From the human T2T-CHM13v2.0 reference genome, Homo sapiens: a stretch of DNA of 64,000 nucleotides. Shown piece after piece: positions 1 to 14,482 of the stretch (position 1 is its first letter; each line of letters begins with the position of its first letter). The DNA lies in NCBI RefSeq assembly GCF_009914755.1, contig NC_060926.1. One strand, written 5' to 3'. The notes under the pieces are model-generated. The model had not been told where the DNA came from, made no database searches, and was given only the letters and a program-made list of their open reading frames with translations. The position numbers and the translations under genes were made by a program.

Positions 1-130
1 TCACCTCACTGCAACCTCCACCTCCAAGGTTCAGGCAATTCTGCTGACTCAGCCTCCCAAGCAGCTGGGATTACAGGCGTCTGCCACCACACCCAGCTAA
101 TTTTTTGTTTTTAGTAGAGATGGGGTTGGG
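1..130 (-). mobile_element. Alu fragment
   Basis: ctcactgcaacctccacctcc...gctgggattacaggc. Confidence 0.85.
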
Positions 131-3124
131 TTGCTGGAGTTCCTGAGTGACAGGATGTTGCAGCAGAGGTGGTGAGTGGCGGGGAGGGGGGTATCCATGA
201 AGTCAGGAGAGCTGCCTGGCAACTGGAAGCCAAAGGGGTCAACCCACCAGCCCCTCTGGAGACAGCTGTCTGCAGCTCAGACCTCGTTGAATACGGCAGC
301 CACTCATTCGGCTAAACGTGGGGATGCATTAAAGACATTTGCAGACATCCTTTCTTCTATTGCACCTTTTCTCAGGAAACTTTTAGAAGCATTCCGTCAA
401 AACTACAGACTAGAACATGAGTCACCCCCTGCACGATGCCCAGTCCTGTCACTGGGCAGTTTCCTGAAAGCTGCTACCATCCCCCATCTGAGTTCCAGAT
501 GCAGTGCCAAGGCTGGGCTGGGGGCACAGGGAGGAGCTGGCCCAGTGAACGGAGCACAAACCAAGACAGCCCAGTGAGGGGTCCCCAGCGAGAGATAGAG
601 CAAAGGGGTGCATTCAACATTCAAGTTCCCAAGACCCCTACAACACAGGCTGTACCCAGTGTTGGCATGTGGTAAGGGGCCTGTTGTGCAGGTTGGCCAC
701 TGCTCAACTGAAAAAAAAGTGGCAGCTGCCAGAGGCTGGCCTTGAACCAGGGAAGCTACCCACTCTTTAGCCATCACTCTGCACTCTATTATGTTGCCAT
801 TACGGAATGAGAGTGGAGCCCGGATATTGCCCCAGACCTCGACCCTGTGAGTTCAGTGCCACTGGCTGCCCAGAGCCCCTCTCTGTCTGTCTCTCCTTGG
901 CCTGGAGGAGAGTGTGGCCACAGGTAGTATCCAAAGCCTTTCCTTAGGGCCTTCTCCTGACCTATCCTGCTTCCCGGGCTCAGGGGACATCTCCCGGAGT
1001 TCCAACCACACGACTGAAGATCCAGCGAGCCTCATGGAAGGGGTTGTGTGTTGTCTTTCCCACGTCCCTTTCTTCTCTCTGTCCCTCTGCCCCTCTGCCC
1101 CTTCCCGTGCCTGGGAGAGCTCCAGAGTCACCTTCCTCCATCACAGAGCAATTGAGCTCCAGGCCTACAACCCTAAGATGGGCAAACCCAGCCCATCTTT
1201 GGCTCAGCCAAATCTTCCAGGTCCCAGCCACCCACCCACTTGCAAACACACATACATCTTCACCCCACAGGTGACCTGTGCCATACTCCTAGGGGTGTTC
1301 AAACTCAGGGGAAGGGGTGGTGCTCCCTCAGGGAACAGCGCCATGACTCTACGACAGTCAGTACTGGCAGCTGTCAGAGCTGTCATTCCCTGAGTGCAAC
1401 TCTTAATGAGGGCCTATTAAGTCTCCTCTTATGACTGCATAATTGTTGCCACAAGGAGGCTTTGTTCTCTTTATTTTGGAAATGAAACTGTTTTATATCC
1501 CTAAAGCAAGAGAGATGGACACCAGCTTGGGGCGCACTGGAGAACACAGAACGGCAGGGCAGGGGCTCCACTGGGTTGGGGCTCTGGTGTCCCCAGGCTA
1601 CTGCAGACACAGCCCTGAGCCCAGGGAGCAGCAGCTGTTGTTTCTGCAGCAGAGCGGAGCGGCCAGGTCAGCTCCAGCCCTCCTGTGAGCTGTGGGAAGT
1701 TGCCACAGGCCCACCGGCCCTCCTCACTTCTCCTGTAGCTCCCAGCAACTGTCATCATGAACCATCTGCACCCTCACCACCCCTTAGGGGCTGGGCAGTG
1801 GTAGGGCTCTTATTCCCATTGACCATGAGAAAACAGAGGACGCTGGTTGGCCTGGCCAGGGTCCCTCAGGTGTAAAGGGAGGATTAACAGGAAGAAGAAG
1901 TTGAGCATGTCCTATGTCCGAGGCACATCTGCTCTAAGTCTTCACATACACGACCTCACCTGCTCACTACCACAGGCTGCAGAGGAGGAGCTGAGCTCCC
2001 ATGTTAAGGTGAGGCTTGGAGGCATTAGGTGAAGTGTCCAGTACAACAGCTTCTATGTGACCAGCTGGGCTTTCAGTCCAGACATTTCTACCTCTCCAGC
2101 TTCCCATCCTCAAGAATGTGGCTGGGCCAGACCCAGACTCTGAGGACATTCAGGGACACTGTGCCTCGCCAGCCCTCTGAAGTGCTCAGAACGTATGTCC
2201 CGACCCCACTGAATGCCAGGAACCATGCACTGGGAAGTGGGTGGACAGGAGAGACAAGACATGCTCCTTCCCCAAGAGGAGGCTGCAGGCAGCAAGGGAA
2301 ACCCTTAGGTAAGCTCGGAACAGCCGTCCACCACTGGGACCATGAGCTGCATCCTGCCTTGGGGGGCCGCTTTGGTGGGAGTGTGCTGGGCAGAGAAGAA
2401 GGGAAGGACATCCAGGCAGAGGGGGCACCTGGGCAAAGGCTCGAAGGTGCAGAGGTGAGAGGCATTTGGGAGCTGGTGAAGGCATTGGGGGTGGCCTCCA
2501 ATTGAATAATATGCATTTAAGTTTCCTTCTTGTCTTTTCATGGCTTAAAAGCTCATTTCTTTTTAGTGCTGAATAATATTCCATTGTCTGGATGTACCAC
2601 AGTTTGTCCACTCACTTACTGAAAGACATCTTGATAGCTTACAAGTTTTGGAAATTCGGAATAAAGCTGCTAAAAACATCCATGTGCAGTTCTTTGTGTG
2701 GATGTACATTTTCAACCCATTTGGATAAACAGAATGGACTTGCAGTTGCTGGATTACATGGTAAGAGCATACTTAGTTTTCCAGTTTCTTCTAAAGTGTC
2801 TGCACCACTTTGCATTCCCACCAACAGTGAATGAGAGTTCCTGTTGCTCCACATCATCACCAGCATTTGGGGTTGTAAGGGTTTGGATCTGGGCCATTTT
2901 GATAGGTGTGTAGTGCTATCTCATTGTTTTAACTTGCAGTTCCCTAATAGCATATGATGTTGAGCATCTTTTCATATGCTTCTTTGCCATTTGTATGTCT
3001 TCATTGGTGAGTTGTCTATTCTGGTCTTTTGCCCATTTTTAATTGGGTTATTCATTTGCTTATTGTTGAGTTTAAAGAGTTCTTTATACATTTTAGATAA
3101 CAGTCCTTAAAAGAATTCATTGTT

Positions 3125-3437
<313 letters not shown>

Positions 3438-5595
3438 TTAGTGCATGTATTTATTTCCTTTTAAAAAGGTTTATTGACATTTAATGTCTTCTTATTTTCT
3501 TGGCAGTGTGTTCCACAGAGCAGAAGTCTTTAATTTTAATGAAGTCCAGCTTATCAAATATTTTCATTCACGAATTTCACCGTTGATGATGTATTTTAAA
3601 AGTCATCACTGTACCCATGATAATCTAGATTTTCTCCTATGTTATCTTGTAGAACTTTTATAGTTTTGCATTTTGCATTTAGGTTTTTAATCCATTTTGA
3701 GTAAATTTCTATGAGGGGTATATGGTGTGTGTCTAGATTCTTCTTCTTCTATTTTTTTTTGCGTTTGTGTGTCTATGTCTATTTGTTCCAGCACCTTTTG
3801 TTGAAAAGATTGATTTTGCTCTACAGTTTTGCCTTTGATCCTTTCACAAAGATGAGCTGACTGTATTTTATGGGGATCTATTTCTAGGCTCTCTGTTCCA
3901 TTTATCTACTTGTCTATTCTTTCACCAATCCACACTGTCATGATTATGATCGTTTTATAGCAAGTCTTGAAGCCAGGTAGCATCAGCCCTCCAACTTTGT
4001 TCTTCTCCTTCAATATGGTGTTGACTATTGTGGCTCTTCTGCCTCTTTGAATAAACTTTAAAGTTAGTTTGTCAATATCCAAAAAATACCTTGCTAAGAT
4101 TTTGATTGGGATTATATTTGATGCATAGATGAAATTGGAAGAACTGACATCTTGACAATATGAGTCTTCCTGTGCATGAACAAGGATTATCTGTCCATTA
4201 CTGAGTTCCTCTTTGATTTCTTTCACCAGAATTTTGTAGTTTTCCTTATATAGATCTTATACATATTTTGTTAGGTTTATACCTAAATATTTCAATTTAG
4301 GGGGTGTTAATGTAAATGGCATTGTGATTTTTTTCTGATATATTCTTATTAAAAGTTTTTCTGGGTACATAATATATATATCATATATGTATCTCATATT
4401 TTATATATGTATATATATATATGAGGTACATGAGATGCTTTGATACAGGCATGCAATGAAATAATCACATCATGGAGAATGGGATATCCATCCCCTCAGG
4501 CATATCCCTTTGTATTACAAACAATCCAATTACACTCTTTTAGTTATTTTTAAATGTACAAGCAAGTTTTTATTAACTATATTCATCCTGTTGTGTTATC
4601 AAATACTAGGTCCTATTCCCTCTTTCTAACTATTTTTTGTACCCATTAACCATCCCCACCTCACCCCCACTATCCTTCCCAGCCTCTGGTAACCATTCCT
4701 CTACTCTCTATCATCATGAGTTCAATTGCTTTAATTTGTTTAGCTCACATATATAAGTGAGAACATGCTATGCTTGTCTTTCTATGCCTGGCTTATCTCA
4801 CTTAACATAATGATCTCCAGTTCCAGCCATGTTGTTGCAAATGATAGAATCTCATTCTATTTTACAGCTGAATAGTACTCCATTGTGTGTATGTACCACA
4901 TTTTCTTTATCCATTCATCTGTTGGTGGACACTTAGGTTGCTTCCAAATCTTAGCTCTTATGAACAGTGCCACAACAAACATGGTAGTGCATATATCTCT
5001 TTGATACACTGATTTCCTCTCTTTTGGGTATACACCTGTGAATGAGATTGCTGGATTATGAGGAGCTGTATTTTTAGTTTTCTGAGGAACCTTCAAACTG
5101 TTCTCCATAGTGGCTGTACTAATTTGCATTCCCACCAACAGTGTACAAAGTTTCCCTTTACTCCACACCCTTGCCAGCATTTGTTATTGCCTGTCTTTTG
5201 GATATAAGCCACCTTAACTGCAGTGAGAGAATATCTCATTGTAGTTTTAATTCATATTTCTCTGATGATCAATGACATTGAGCACCTTTTTATATGCCTG
5301 TTTGCCATTTGTATGTCTTCTTCAGAGAAATGTCCATTCAAATCTTTTGCCCAGTTTTTGATAGGATTATTATATTTTTTTCCTTATAGAGTTGTTTAGC
5401 TACTCATATATTCTGGTTATTAATTTCTTGTCAGATGGGTAGTTTGCAAATATTTTCCACCATTTGGTGGGCTGTCTCTTCAGTTTGTTGATTGTTTCCT
5501 TTGCTATGTAGAAACTTTTTAACTTGATGTGCTACCATTAGTCCAATTTTGCTTTGGCTGCCTCTGTTTGTGGGGTATTGCTAAATAAATTTTTG

Positions 5596-5880
5596 GGCCA
5601 AGCGTAGTGGCTCACGCCTATAATCCCAGTCCTTTGTGACACTTAGAGGGGTGGATTGCTTGAGGCCAGGAGTTCAAGACTAGTCTGGCCAACATGGTGA
5701 AACCTTGCCTCTACTAAAAATACAAAAATTAATGGGGCGTGGTGGCGCACACCTGTTATACCAGCTATTCGGGAGGCTGAGATGCGAGAAAGGCTTGAAC
5801 CCAGGAGGTGAAGGTTGCAGTGGGCAGACATATGCCACTGCACTCCAGCCTGGGTGATAGGTCAAGACTCTGTCAGAAAG
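5596..5880 (+). mobile_element. Alu with GGAA microsatellite tail
   Basis: Alu consensus. Confidence 0.9.
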
Positions 5881-5886
5881 AAAGAA

Positions 5887-5938
5887 GGAAGGAAGGAAGG
5901 AAGGAAGGAAGGAAGGAAGGAAGGAAGGAAGGAAGGAA
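5887..5938 (+). repeat. (GGAA)13 microsatellite
   Basis: 13 uninterrupted GGAA units. Confidence 0.95.
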
Positions 5939-7114
5939 TTTTTGCCCAGACTAATGTACTGGAGATTTTCCCCAATGATTCCTTGTAGTAATTTCATAAG
6001 TCTTTAAACACTTTTGATTTGATTTTACATATGGCAAGATACAGAAGTCTAGGATTTAGTTTCATTCTTCTGCATATGGAAATCTCGTTTTCTCAGCACC
6101 ATATATTGAAGAGACTGTCTTTTCCCCAGTGTGTGTTCTTGGCACCTTTGTTGAAAATGAGTTCACTGTAGGTGTGTGGATTTGTTTCTAGGTTCTCTAT
6201 TCTGTTCCATTGGGTCTATGTGTCCATCATTATGCCAGTACCATGCTGCTTTAGTTACTATAGCTCTGTAGTATAATTTGAAGTCAAGTAATGTGATTCC
6301 TCCAGTTTTGTTCTTTTGGCTTAGCATAGCTTTGGCTATACTGGGTCTTTTGGGGTTCCATATAAATTTTAGGATTTTTTTTTTCTATTTATGTGAAAAA
6401 TGTCATTGGTATTTTGATAGGGATTGCATTGAATCTGTAGGTTGCTTTGAATATTATGGACATTTTAACAATACTGATTCTTCCAATCCATGATCCTGGA
6501 ATGTCATTCCATTATTGGATGTCCTCTTCAATTTATTTCATCAGTGTTTTATAGTTTTCGTTATTGAAGTCTTTCACTTATTTGGCTAATTCCTGGGTAT
6601 TTTATGTGTGGCTATTGTAAATGGGATTACTCTTTTAATTCCTTTTTCAAATTGTTCACTGTTGGCATATAGAAATACTACTGATTTTTCTATGTTGATT
6701 TTGTATCCTGCAACTTTACTGAATTTGTTTATCATTTCTAATAGTTTTTTTGTGGAATCTAGGTTTTTTTTCAAATGCAAGATCATATCATCTGCAGACA
6801 AGGATAATTTGACATCTTCCTTTCCAATTTGGATGCCCTGTATTTATTTCTCTTGTCTGATTACTCTAGCTAGGACTTCCAGTCCTATGTTGAATCAACA
6901 GTGGTAAAAGTGGGTGTCTGTGTTGTGTTCCAGATCTTTGAGGGAAGGCTTTCAGTTTCTTCACATTTGGTATGATACTAGCTGAATGGTATTGTGTGTT
7001 AATTTCAAGTTCCACTTGTTCTTTGTAGGTATCTAGGAACGTGACTGGCTTTTGTATATTAACCTTGTATCCTGCAACCTTGGTATAATTATTGACTTTC
7101 TAATTTTTAAATTT

Positions 7115-7419
7115 CTTTTTTTTTTTTTTTTTTTTTGAGACAGAGCCTTGCCCTGTAACCTAGGCCAGAGTGCAGTTGTGTGATCTAGGCTCACTGCAAA
7201 CTCCGCCTCCCAGATTCATGCGATTCTCTCATCTCAGCCTCCCAAGTAGCTGGGATTACAGGCATGCACCACCATGCCCAGCTAATTTTTGTATTTTTGG
7301 TAGAGACAGGGTTTTGTCAGGTTGCCCAGGCTGGTCTCTGAACTCCTGGGCTCAAGTGATCCACCCACCTTGGCCTCCCAAAGTGCTAGGATTACAGGTG
7401 TGAACCAATATGCCCAGCC
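7115..7419 (-). mobile_element. Alu
   Basis: Poly-T followed by reverse Alu consensus. Confidence 0.9.
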
Positions 7420-8573
7420 TAGAATTTTTTTGCTTATTCTTTTCAGATTTTCTATATAGACAAACATGTCAGCTGCAAACAGAGAGTATATTTTTTCCTC
7501 CTTTCCAATCTGTATACCTTTTATTTCCCTTGCTTGTGTTATCACATTAGCTAAGACTCTGGCACAATGTTGAAAAAGAGTGGTGAGAGGAGACATACTT
7601 GCTTTGTTCCTGATCTTAGCAGGAAAGCTGTTTCTCACCATTAAGTATAATGTTAGCTATAGGTTTTTTGCAGATGTTCTTTATCAAGTTGAGGAAGTTC
7701 CCCTCTAGTACTAGTTTACTGAGAGTTTTTTATCATGGGTGTTGTATTTCGTCAAAATGTGATTTCTGCATCTATTGATATAATCGTGATTTTTCTTCTT
7801 TAGCCTGTTGGTGTGATAATTTATATATCTATATAAGTTTTGAATATTAAACCAGCTTTGCATACCTGGGATAAATCCCTCTTTGTCTTGGTGTATAATC
7901 CTTTGTTTACATTGTTAGATTCTACTTGCCTTTATTTTGTTGAGGAATTTTGCATCTATGTTCATGAGAGATATTGGTCCCATAGTTTTATTTTCTTATA
8001 ATGGCTTTGTGTGATTTTGGTATTAGGGTAATACTGGCCTCTTAGGATGAGTTAGGAAGTATTCTCTCTGCTTCTATTTTCTGGAAGAGACTGTAGAATA
8101 TTGATAGAAATTTAGAATATTGATATATTTGTAGAATATTGATATAATTTCTTCAGACTCTCCCCTCCCCCCACCATCTTTAACTCTGAGTGTCATGAAG
8201 TCAAGAATTGTATCTTTCATCTGTGTGTCACACATAAGGAGGGCAAGACTTAAAAAAGAGTAGATGCAGAATAAATTTTAAAATGCTGTATTTAAAATCA
8301 CAAGCAAAGTCCCAATTGCATTTGTACATCTCACCATCTAGCCTGAGCTATAGGCCTTACTACCACTTAGTGGCAAATGTGACTTACAGTATCTTCTAAA
8401 TTGGAAGTAAAAAGAATCAGGTCTTTAATTTTGCAAACTTGATGTTAAGAAGCGAAACAAGGGGCATAATATGCAAATACATTTTCTAAATAAATTCAAC
8501 CCATCAGCCATCTAGAATTCATGAAAAAATGGTGAAAATGCCTAAATCCCCAGAATCTGTAAGAAAATGAAAG

Positions 8574-9238
8574 TGTGATAGTAAATTTTATGTGTCAGCT
8601 TGAATTGGTCTCTGTAAAGTAGGTTTCCCTCCCCAGTAGCTCCTGAATAGAACAAAGGGCAGATGACAGAGGAGTTTGACCCTTTTGTTCCTGCCTCACT
8701 TCTTAAGCTAGTACATCTCATCTTCTCTTCTCTTACCCTTGACTTGGGGTTTACACCATTGGCTTCCCTGGTCCCCAGGCCTTCAGACTCAGATTGAATG
8801 ACACCGCTGGCTTTCCTAAGTGACCAGCTTGCAGATTGCAGATCATGGTATTTTTTGCCTCCACAATTTTGTCAGACAATTCTTCATAATAAAATTGGTC
8901 TTTCTGGGTGGGCGGATCACTTGAGGTCAGGAGTTCGAGACCAGCCTGGCCAACATGGCGAAGCCCTGTCTTTACTAAAAATACAAAAATTAGTCAGGCG
9001 TGGTGGCAGGTGCCTGTAATTCCAGCTACTTAGGAGGCTGAGGCAGGAGAATCGCTTCAATCTAGGAGGCGGTTGTTGCAGTGAGCCCAGATCACACCAC
9101 TGCACTGCAGCCTGGGTGACAAGACACCCTATCTGTCTCTCTCTGTCTCCTCTCTGTATTATTCTATCTCTCTCTCTGTCATTCTGTTTCTCTCTCTATT
9201 TTGGTGCTACTGTTTCTCTGAAGGATGATGACTAATAC
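8574..9238. mobile_element. MLT2-like ERVL LTR interrupted by an Alu (~8904-9125)
   Basis: Termini tgtgatagtaaattttatgtgtcagcttg ... gactaataca. Confidence 0.7.
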
Positions 9239-10805
9239 ACTAAGGAAAAATTACATAAATATATGATAAATTTAACAAAATAAATTTGTTAAAAATCGAT
9301 ATACATTATAAAGTTAACCAAATAATAATAACAGTAAATAGCAATTTTCTTATTTTTTTGTAATTTATTTCAAATGTACACATCAGCATAATTTTCATGA
9401 TTTTAAATTCTGTAAGCATTAGATTGAAAGTCAGAAGCAAGCCAAGAACATATTACTTTATTATTGCTTAACATTCTCCTGGATATTTTAATCTGATACA
9501 TTTAGAGGTATAAAATGGTAAATATTTTCATTATTCTCTGAAACTTATTTACCTAGAAAAAACTTATAAATAAAAATTTACTAAGATATCTAGGGACAAA
9601 ATAAACACATGATAGTCAATGGTTTTCATATAAAAAGTATACATCTACTTCTGTGATGCTTATGTTCATGAGAACAAAATATGAAAATAGCCAGAAATGT
9701 TTAAGAGAATAAAGGTATACTGAGAAGGCACTAACCTTAGGTTGATTTTCAAACATATTAGTTAACCAAAAAAAATTAAAACAATGTTATATTGGTGCAT
9801 GAATTCATAGAGCAGATAGTGAAACAGAATAGTGTATTTATCTATATGTGTCTTTCTGTGCATCTTTCTATCAATCCTGAGTGCTTAAGGTGAGATTCAC
9901 TTGCACCTGAATCAGCAGAAAATATTTGGAGCTTCAAGAATAAATGCAGATGGCACTTAGAGATGCTGCACCCAATGTCATAAGGGATTCTGTGGAGGAG
10001 CTCATTCCGATGAAATAGGTAAGTTTTTATTTTGTATTTTCATTTTTTTTTTTGAAATGAGAAAGAAAAGTCTCAATGAAAGCTAAGAGTCAGACACATA
10101 TATAGAAATATTGCTGCCTACTCCCAGGCATGCAAGTGACCAACTCCTTACTTCAGGGAGTGGAGGAGCGAGATATCAAGAGTACAATTTTCTTAAGACA
10201 CCTACCCCACCTTTCATCAAATATCCCCAACCCTAGATTAAGTGCAGGAGTCCTGAAAAACATTTCCACAGGGAAAGTCGGGGTCCCAGGCTCATGGGTG
10301 TCTTCTTACTGCCTTTAGCAGAACAAAAATGAGTAAAGCAAAGCTTCTTGCTTCAGAAATATTCAGTCTAATACAGTGTGTACCCTACACCTAATCATCA
10401 CTTCATTCCAGAAGCTTTAATTGCACAAAATTCACTGGGAAAGGGATGATATTTGTCTGTTTTTTAAGGATAAGGTTGGTATTGGCTCAAATTTATATTT
10501 ATTCTCCCCAAAGAGTCCCTCCCAGGTTTGTAATCCTGATGTAAGAGGCTGCTGCACCAAGTCGCTTCTTTCCAACCTGTCCTACTTTGTGTAGAGGAGG
10601 AGAGCGGGGAAGGAAGAAAAGAGAAAAAAAAAGCAAAGAAGTAAAAAGAGGCAGAAGGACAGTCCCTTTTCCTTGACACGGATGGCATGAATGGGCTTTT
10701 GCGGAGAAACTCTGCCTGACCCTGGAGTCTGAGTCAGGCAGAGTCTGAGTCAGGTGGAGTCCCAGTTAGAAGTCCTCTGAGGAAGCTGCACTAGAGTCAC
10801 TGCCC

Positions 10806-11987
10806 TCAGACATCAACTTCCATGTCTTCCCCACTGCTGCAGTCTAAAGAGTTACTGCTTTCTTCCTCTTCGCCATCTTTCTTCCTGTTGTCTTCTGGTT
10901 CCATAGAGACCTGACAGTTTACCCAAATAGTCTGTGATGCCTCTGTTCCTGCAGCCTGGAGCCCCTGCCCCTCCCCAAACCCTTCTTGCAGACCCTTTGC
11001 TGATGAGGACTGCGGATCTGTTTGTTTCAAGCTGGGGGCCGGGCCTCCCATCATCGCCATATTCTTACCCTTAGCATAGGTCGATTCTTTGTATGCAGCA
11101 TAATCTTCAGGTGACAAAGTCTTGAGCCAGAGATCCAATTCCACTTTGTATTCCTTCTGCAGCAACTCAGCCTGGCTCTTGTAATGATCCTTCTGGCTCT
11201 GCGGGATGCGCTGCCAGCGTCTGCCAATCTCTACCATGCGCTCCCTCAGGGACAAATGTTGCAGCTCCTTACTTGACCAGGAATCTTGGTGAAACTTCTG
11301 GTATCCATTCATGGGGGGTTTCTGAGGCTCTCCATGAAATTTTACCTTCTTGAAAAATTGATCCGTTTTTGGAAGAGACCTCACTTCTTCAATATTTTTC
11401 TGAACCTTCTTTTGCACTTTGGTTTGAACCCTCTTGCAGATATCAGATTTCTTGCCCTTCTGGTCTAAATCAGGGTGTTCTTCCCTGAATCGAGCAAGTT
11501 TTTCCTCAAATTCTTGCTTTTCCTTCCGGAAATCCTGAATATGTTTCTGTTTCATCTGCTCTGGGAGCTCCTTGTATTTCTTTGACAGGATTTTGGTCAC
11601 TTCCTGGCTTCTCATCCCAGGGTACATTTGGGAGTACTGGGGCCAATTCTCCTTGAAGAAGCGGATATAAGCAGTAAGGAGCCTCTTTGGAAAGTCTGGA
11701 TGGTTCCTGCCTTTTTGGCTTTTGTTTGTATTTTTAACACATTTCTTAGCTTCCAGGACTAATTTTTTCAAAGTGCTGAATTTTCTCAAGCTGCAAGAAA
11801 TCTCTAACCATTTGAGTCTGCACATTTCACCAGAAAAGTTTTTAAAAGCTACTTTTCCCCAGTCCATGTGTGACTGAGTTGAGCTGAACGTGCCGTTGTC
11901 ATCATATGGGAGATTATTCTCCATGCATTCCAGTAACCTCAAGATGTCTGCGTTGGACCAATGGCCTTGGCTTCTAGGCAAAGCCAC
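10806..11987 (-). pseudogene. UBTFL6: UBTF-like (UBTFL1-type) HMG-box gene copy; 393-codon frame intact but start codon is GTG
   Basis: Translation (x)[24 protein letters not shown]... contains a UBF N-terminal region and two HMG boxes ([16 protein letters not shown]..., [12 protein letters not shown]...). The coding region is a single exon and the first codon reads GTG. The family is recognised with confidence; the paralog number is inferred from its position next to COX5B. Confidence 0.8.
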
Positions 11988-14029
11988 TTTGATGTCTTTG
12001 GCTTACTTATAAGATCCCGGTTATGCAGACACCAGAGTAAGAACACAGAGTTCCTTACTTTTAAGAGTCAGTGGATGATTTCTTTCTGGAAGTCCTGCAG
12101 TATGTATGATTCTGTATTTCTGAGGAGAAAGAAAAGAAAGTTACTCTGCTTCATTGGGATTAATGAAAAAAATTACACCCTATTTGTCATATGTCCCTTG
12201 TATAATTAATTTACTCAATGATATAAATAAAATATAGCCCATTTCTGAATGAAAATCCATATTTGCCTTTCATATGCTACATGCGCAATATTCAATATCT
12301 CCGCACCCCACCCCAGCCTTCTTTCTGCCAGATCTCGCATGAACCGATCTTAAATTGAGTTGCATAAGGCAAACACCAGACCACTCATCACTTAAGAAGC
12401 TTAATAGAACAGAAATGCCCTGAAGACAGAGTCAAGAGTTAAAGTGGAAGGAGAAATGCCTAAACGGGAAAGACTGTTCATTCTACAGTGCCCTGAGTAT
12501 GACCATTTTCTAAGCACAGCCCAAATAGCCATAGCTAAAGGTGCAGATGAGAAGTTAAAGATGCAATAGGACAAGCCCAAGAGCTCCTCCAGACATGCAT
12601 CCAACTGTTGTTACCTTTTTGTGAGGGAATGTGAATCTGTGATAAAAGACTGAATTAAAGATTCTCCAGGAACCATGCATGGGAATGAATGCTTTCTAGT
12701 GAACCATACCGCTTCTCCTTTTAAATATCAAGGATTTAATGACAATTATAAAACATTTCAATTTTATTTGGTTAACTGTTCATCATCTTTAAGCCTCAGT
12801 GAAAGTTTGACTTCCTCCGGAAAGTGCCTCCAAAATACCTGGCATTTTCCATTATAGAACTTGAAAACATGGCAGATCCGATAACTACTGCTTATTTTTT
12901 TTTAATTTTATTTATTTATTTTTTTACCAATTTTGTTTTGCCTAAAGTAATTCCTCTGGGACATGATTTCCCAACTAATTCTCCAAATTCTCATAACTCT
13001 TTCACTAGTCTTTTTAGGATAATCTTCTATTCTAAGACAAAGCCTAACTTCAGTAAAATTGTGTACAAACACATACAACATTAAATGAAACCAGATCTTA
13101 AACAGAGGGTGCATAAGGAGTGTAACATGGGGACTTCAGGGGAAAATATGCATTAGAAGGGAAAGAGAACAGAGTTAAGATGCCAGTGGAGGTTGAAATT
13201 CTGAGAATGAGTTTCAGAATATGTGAGAATATTTTTGAGAACTATTTTTAATTCTCAGTAGAGTATAGAAGGATGTAGCCTTTGAATGACGTTAAAAATT
13301 CACTAGAAGTGTGAAGAATGTTATAATATCACATGCCTCAAAACACAAATTCCTTAACATAGAGATTAAAATGTTTTAAAATATTGGATAATAATTCAAG
13401 TCCATATTTGAGGTAGAAGATAAAATAAAGAATAGCTCATATATCAAATTTATTATGTGAAAAAGACTTTTGGAAAATTGTTCATAATAAATGAAAATAT
13501 AAATAAAAATTAAAATTTATAAAAAAGCATTAAAATAAACTGTGAAAAACTTAGAAGAGGGTAAACTTGAAAGTTATTGAATTTTTAACCTCAAAAATCT
13601 GAAAAAAGTCAGTTCATTAGTGTCCTAAAAAAATAAAAATAAACGTAATAATGTAACAGGAGAGTAATTAAGAAAAAAGTAACATTCACAAAGGAAAATA
13701 AAAAAATTAAAAAATATTTGATTTCATACTTTGTGTTTAAGATCAAAACATACTCTGAAATGGTTCAGGGATAAAAAGATGTCAAACTTCCAAATATATT
13801 GTAAGTGATGATTATAAAAAATAAATACATAAATAAATATAAGATGTATTCTAACTCGGAAAAAGGGGAAGTCACATAGACTTGATGTTAGAAAAGAGAT
13901 GTGGAATACTCAGAATCTGAATTTAGGAAAAGAAGTACTGTCTTCCCAATTGTAAATGTTAGGATGATGCGTATAAAGCAGTGAAAATAAAAATACAGTT
14001 GTGTTTTTGTTGTTATGTGGCTCTTTTAT

Positions 14030-14482
14030 GAGCCAGACATTTTTTCAAATTGCCAAAGAGCGTGGCCCCCCAAAATATGTGTCTAAGTCCTAACCCCTGA
14101 AACCTGTGAATATGACCTTTTGAAAATAGGATCTTTGCAGATGTAATTACCTTGGTAATCTCCTAATGAGATTAGTCTGGGTTTAGGGTGGGACCTAAGT
14201 CCAATGACTCGTATCATTATAGAAGAAATCAAAGGAAGATCTGAGACACATCGACAGCCATGTGGAGACAGAGGCAGAGACAGAGCTCACTGGAGCTATG
14301 CTGCCACAAGCCAATGAAAGCTAAATGTTCCCATCAGCCATCAGAAACCAGCAGACAGGGAGGGGCTGGATTTCTACTCAGAATCCCCAATGGGAACCAA
14401 CTCTGTCAACGTGTTGATTTTAAATTTTAGGTTTTCAGTATGTGAGAGAGCAAATTATTGTTTTATCTGTGATAGTTTATTA
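14030..14482. mobile_element. MLT1-type MaLR LTR
   Basis: ccccaaaatatgtgtc...aataggatctttgcagatgtaatt...ttacagcagccccagcaaact. Confidence 0.75.

Larger units (their letters stand above)
4327..6984 (-). mobile_element. Nested 5'-truncated L1 (L1MA-like)
   Basis: L1MA-type 3' end; ORF2 remnant ...KQPKCPPTDEWIKKMWYIHTMEYYSAVK; flanking TSD AATGG(C/T)ATTGTG at 4315-4326 and 6985-6996. Confidence 0.8.

Noticed and set aside
176-2505. GC-rich unique-looking sequence with several 120-160 aa ORFs
   Set aside because: No recognisable protein family or consistent exon structure; parts resemble MIR/L2 remnants.
10724-10755. 16-bp tandem repeat with two TGAGTCA (AP-1) motifs after the UBTFL stop
   Set aside because: Lies in sequence resembling the degenerate UBTF C-terminal/3' end; there is no independent evidence of enhancer function.
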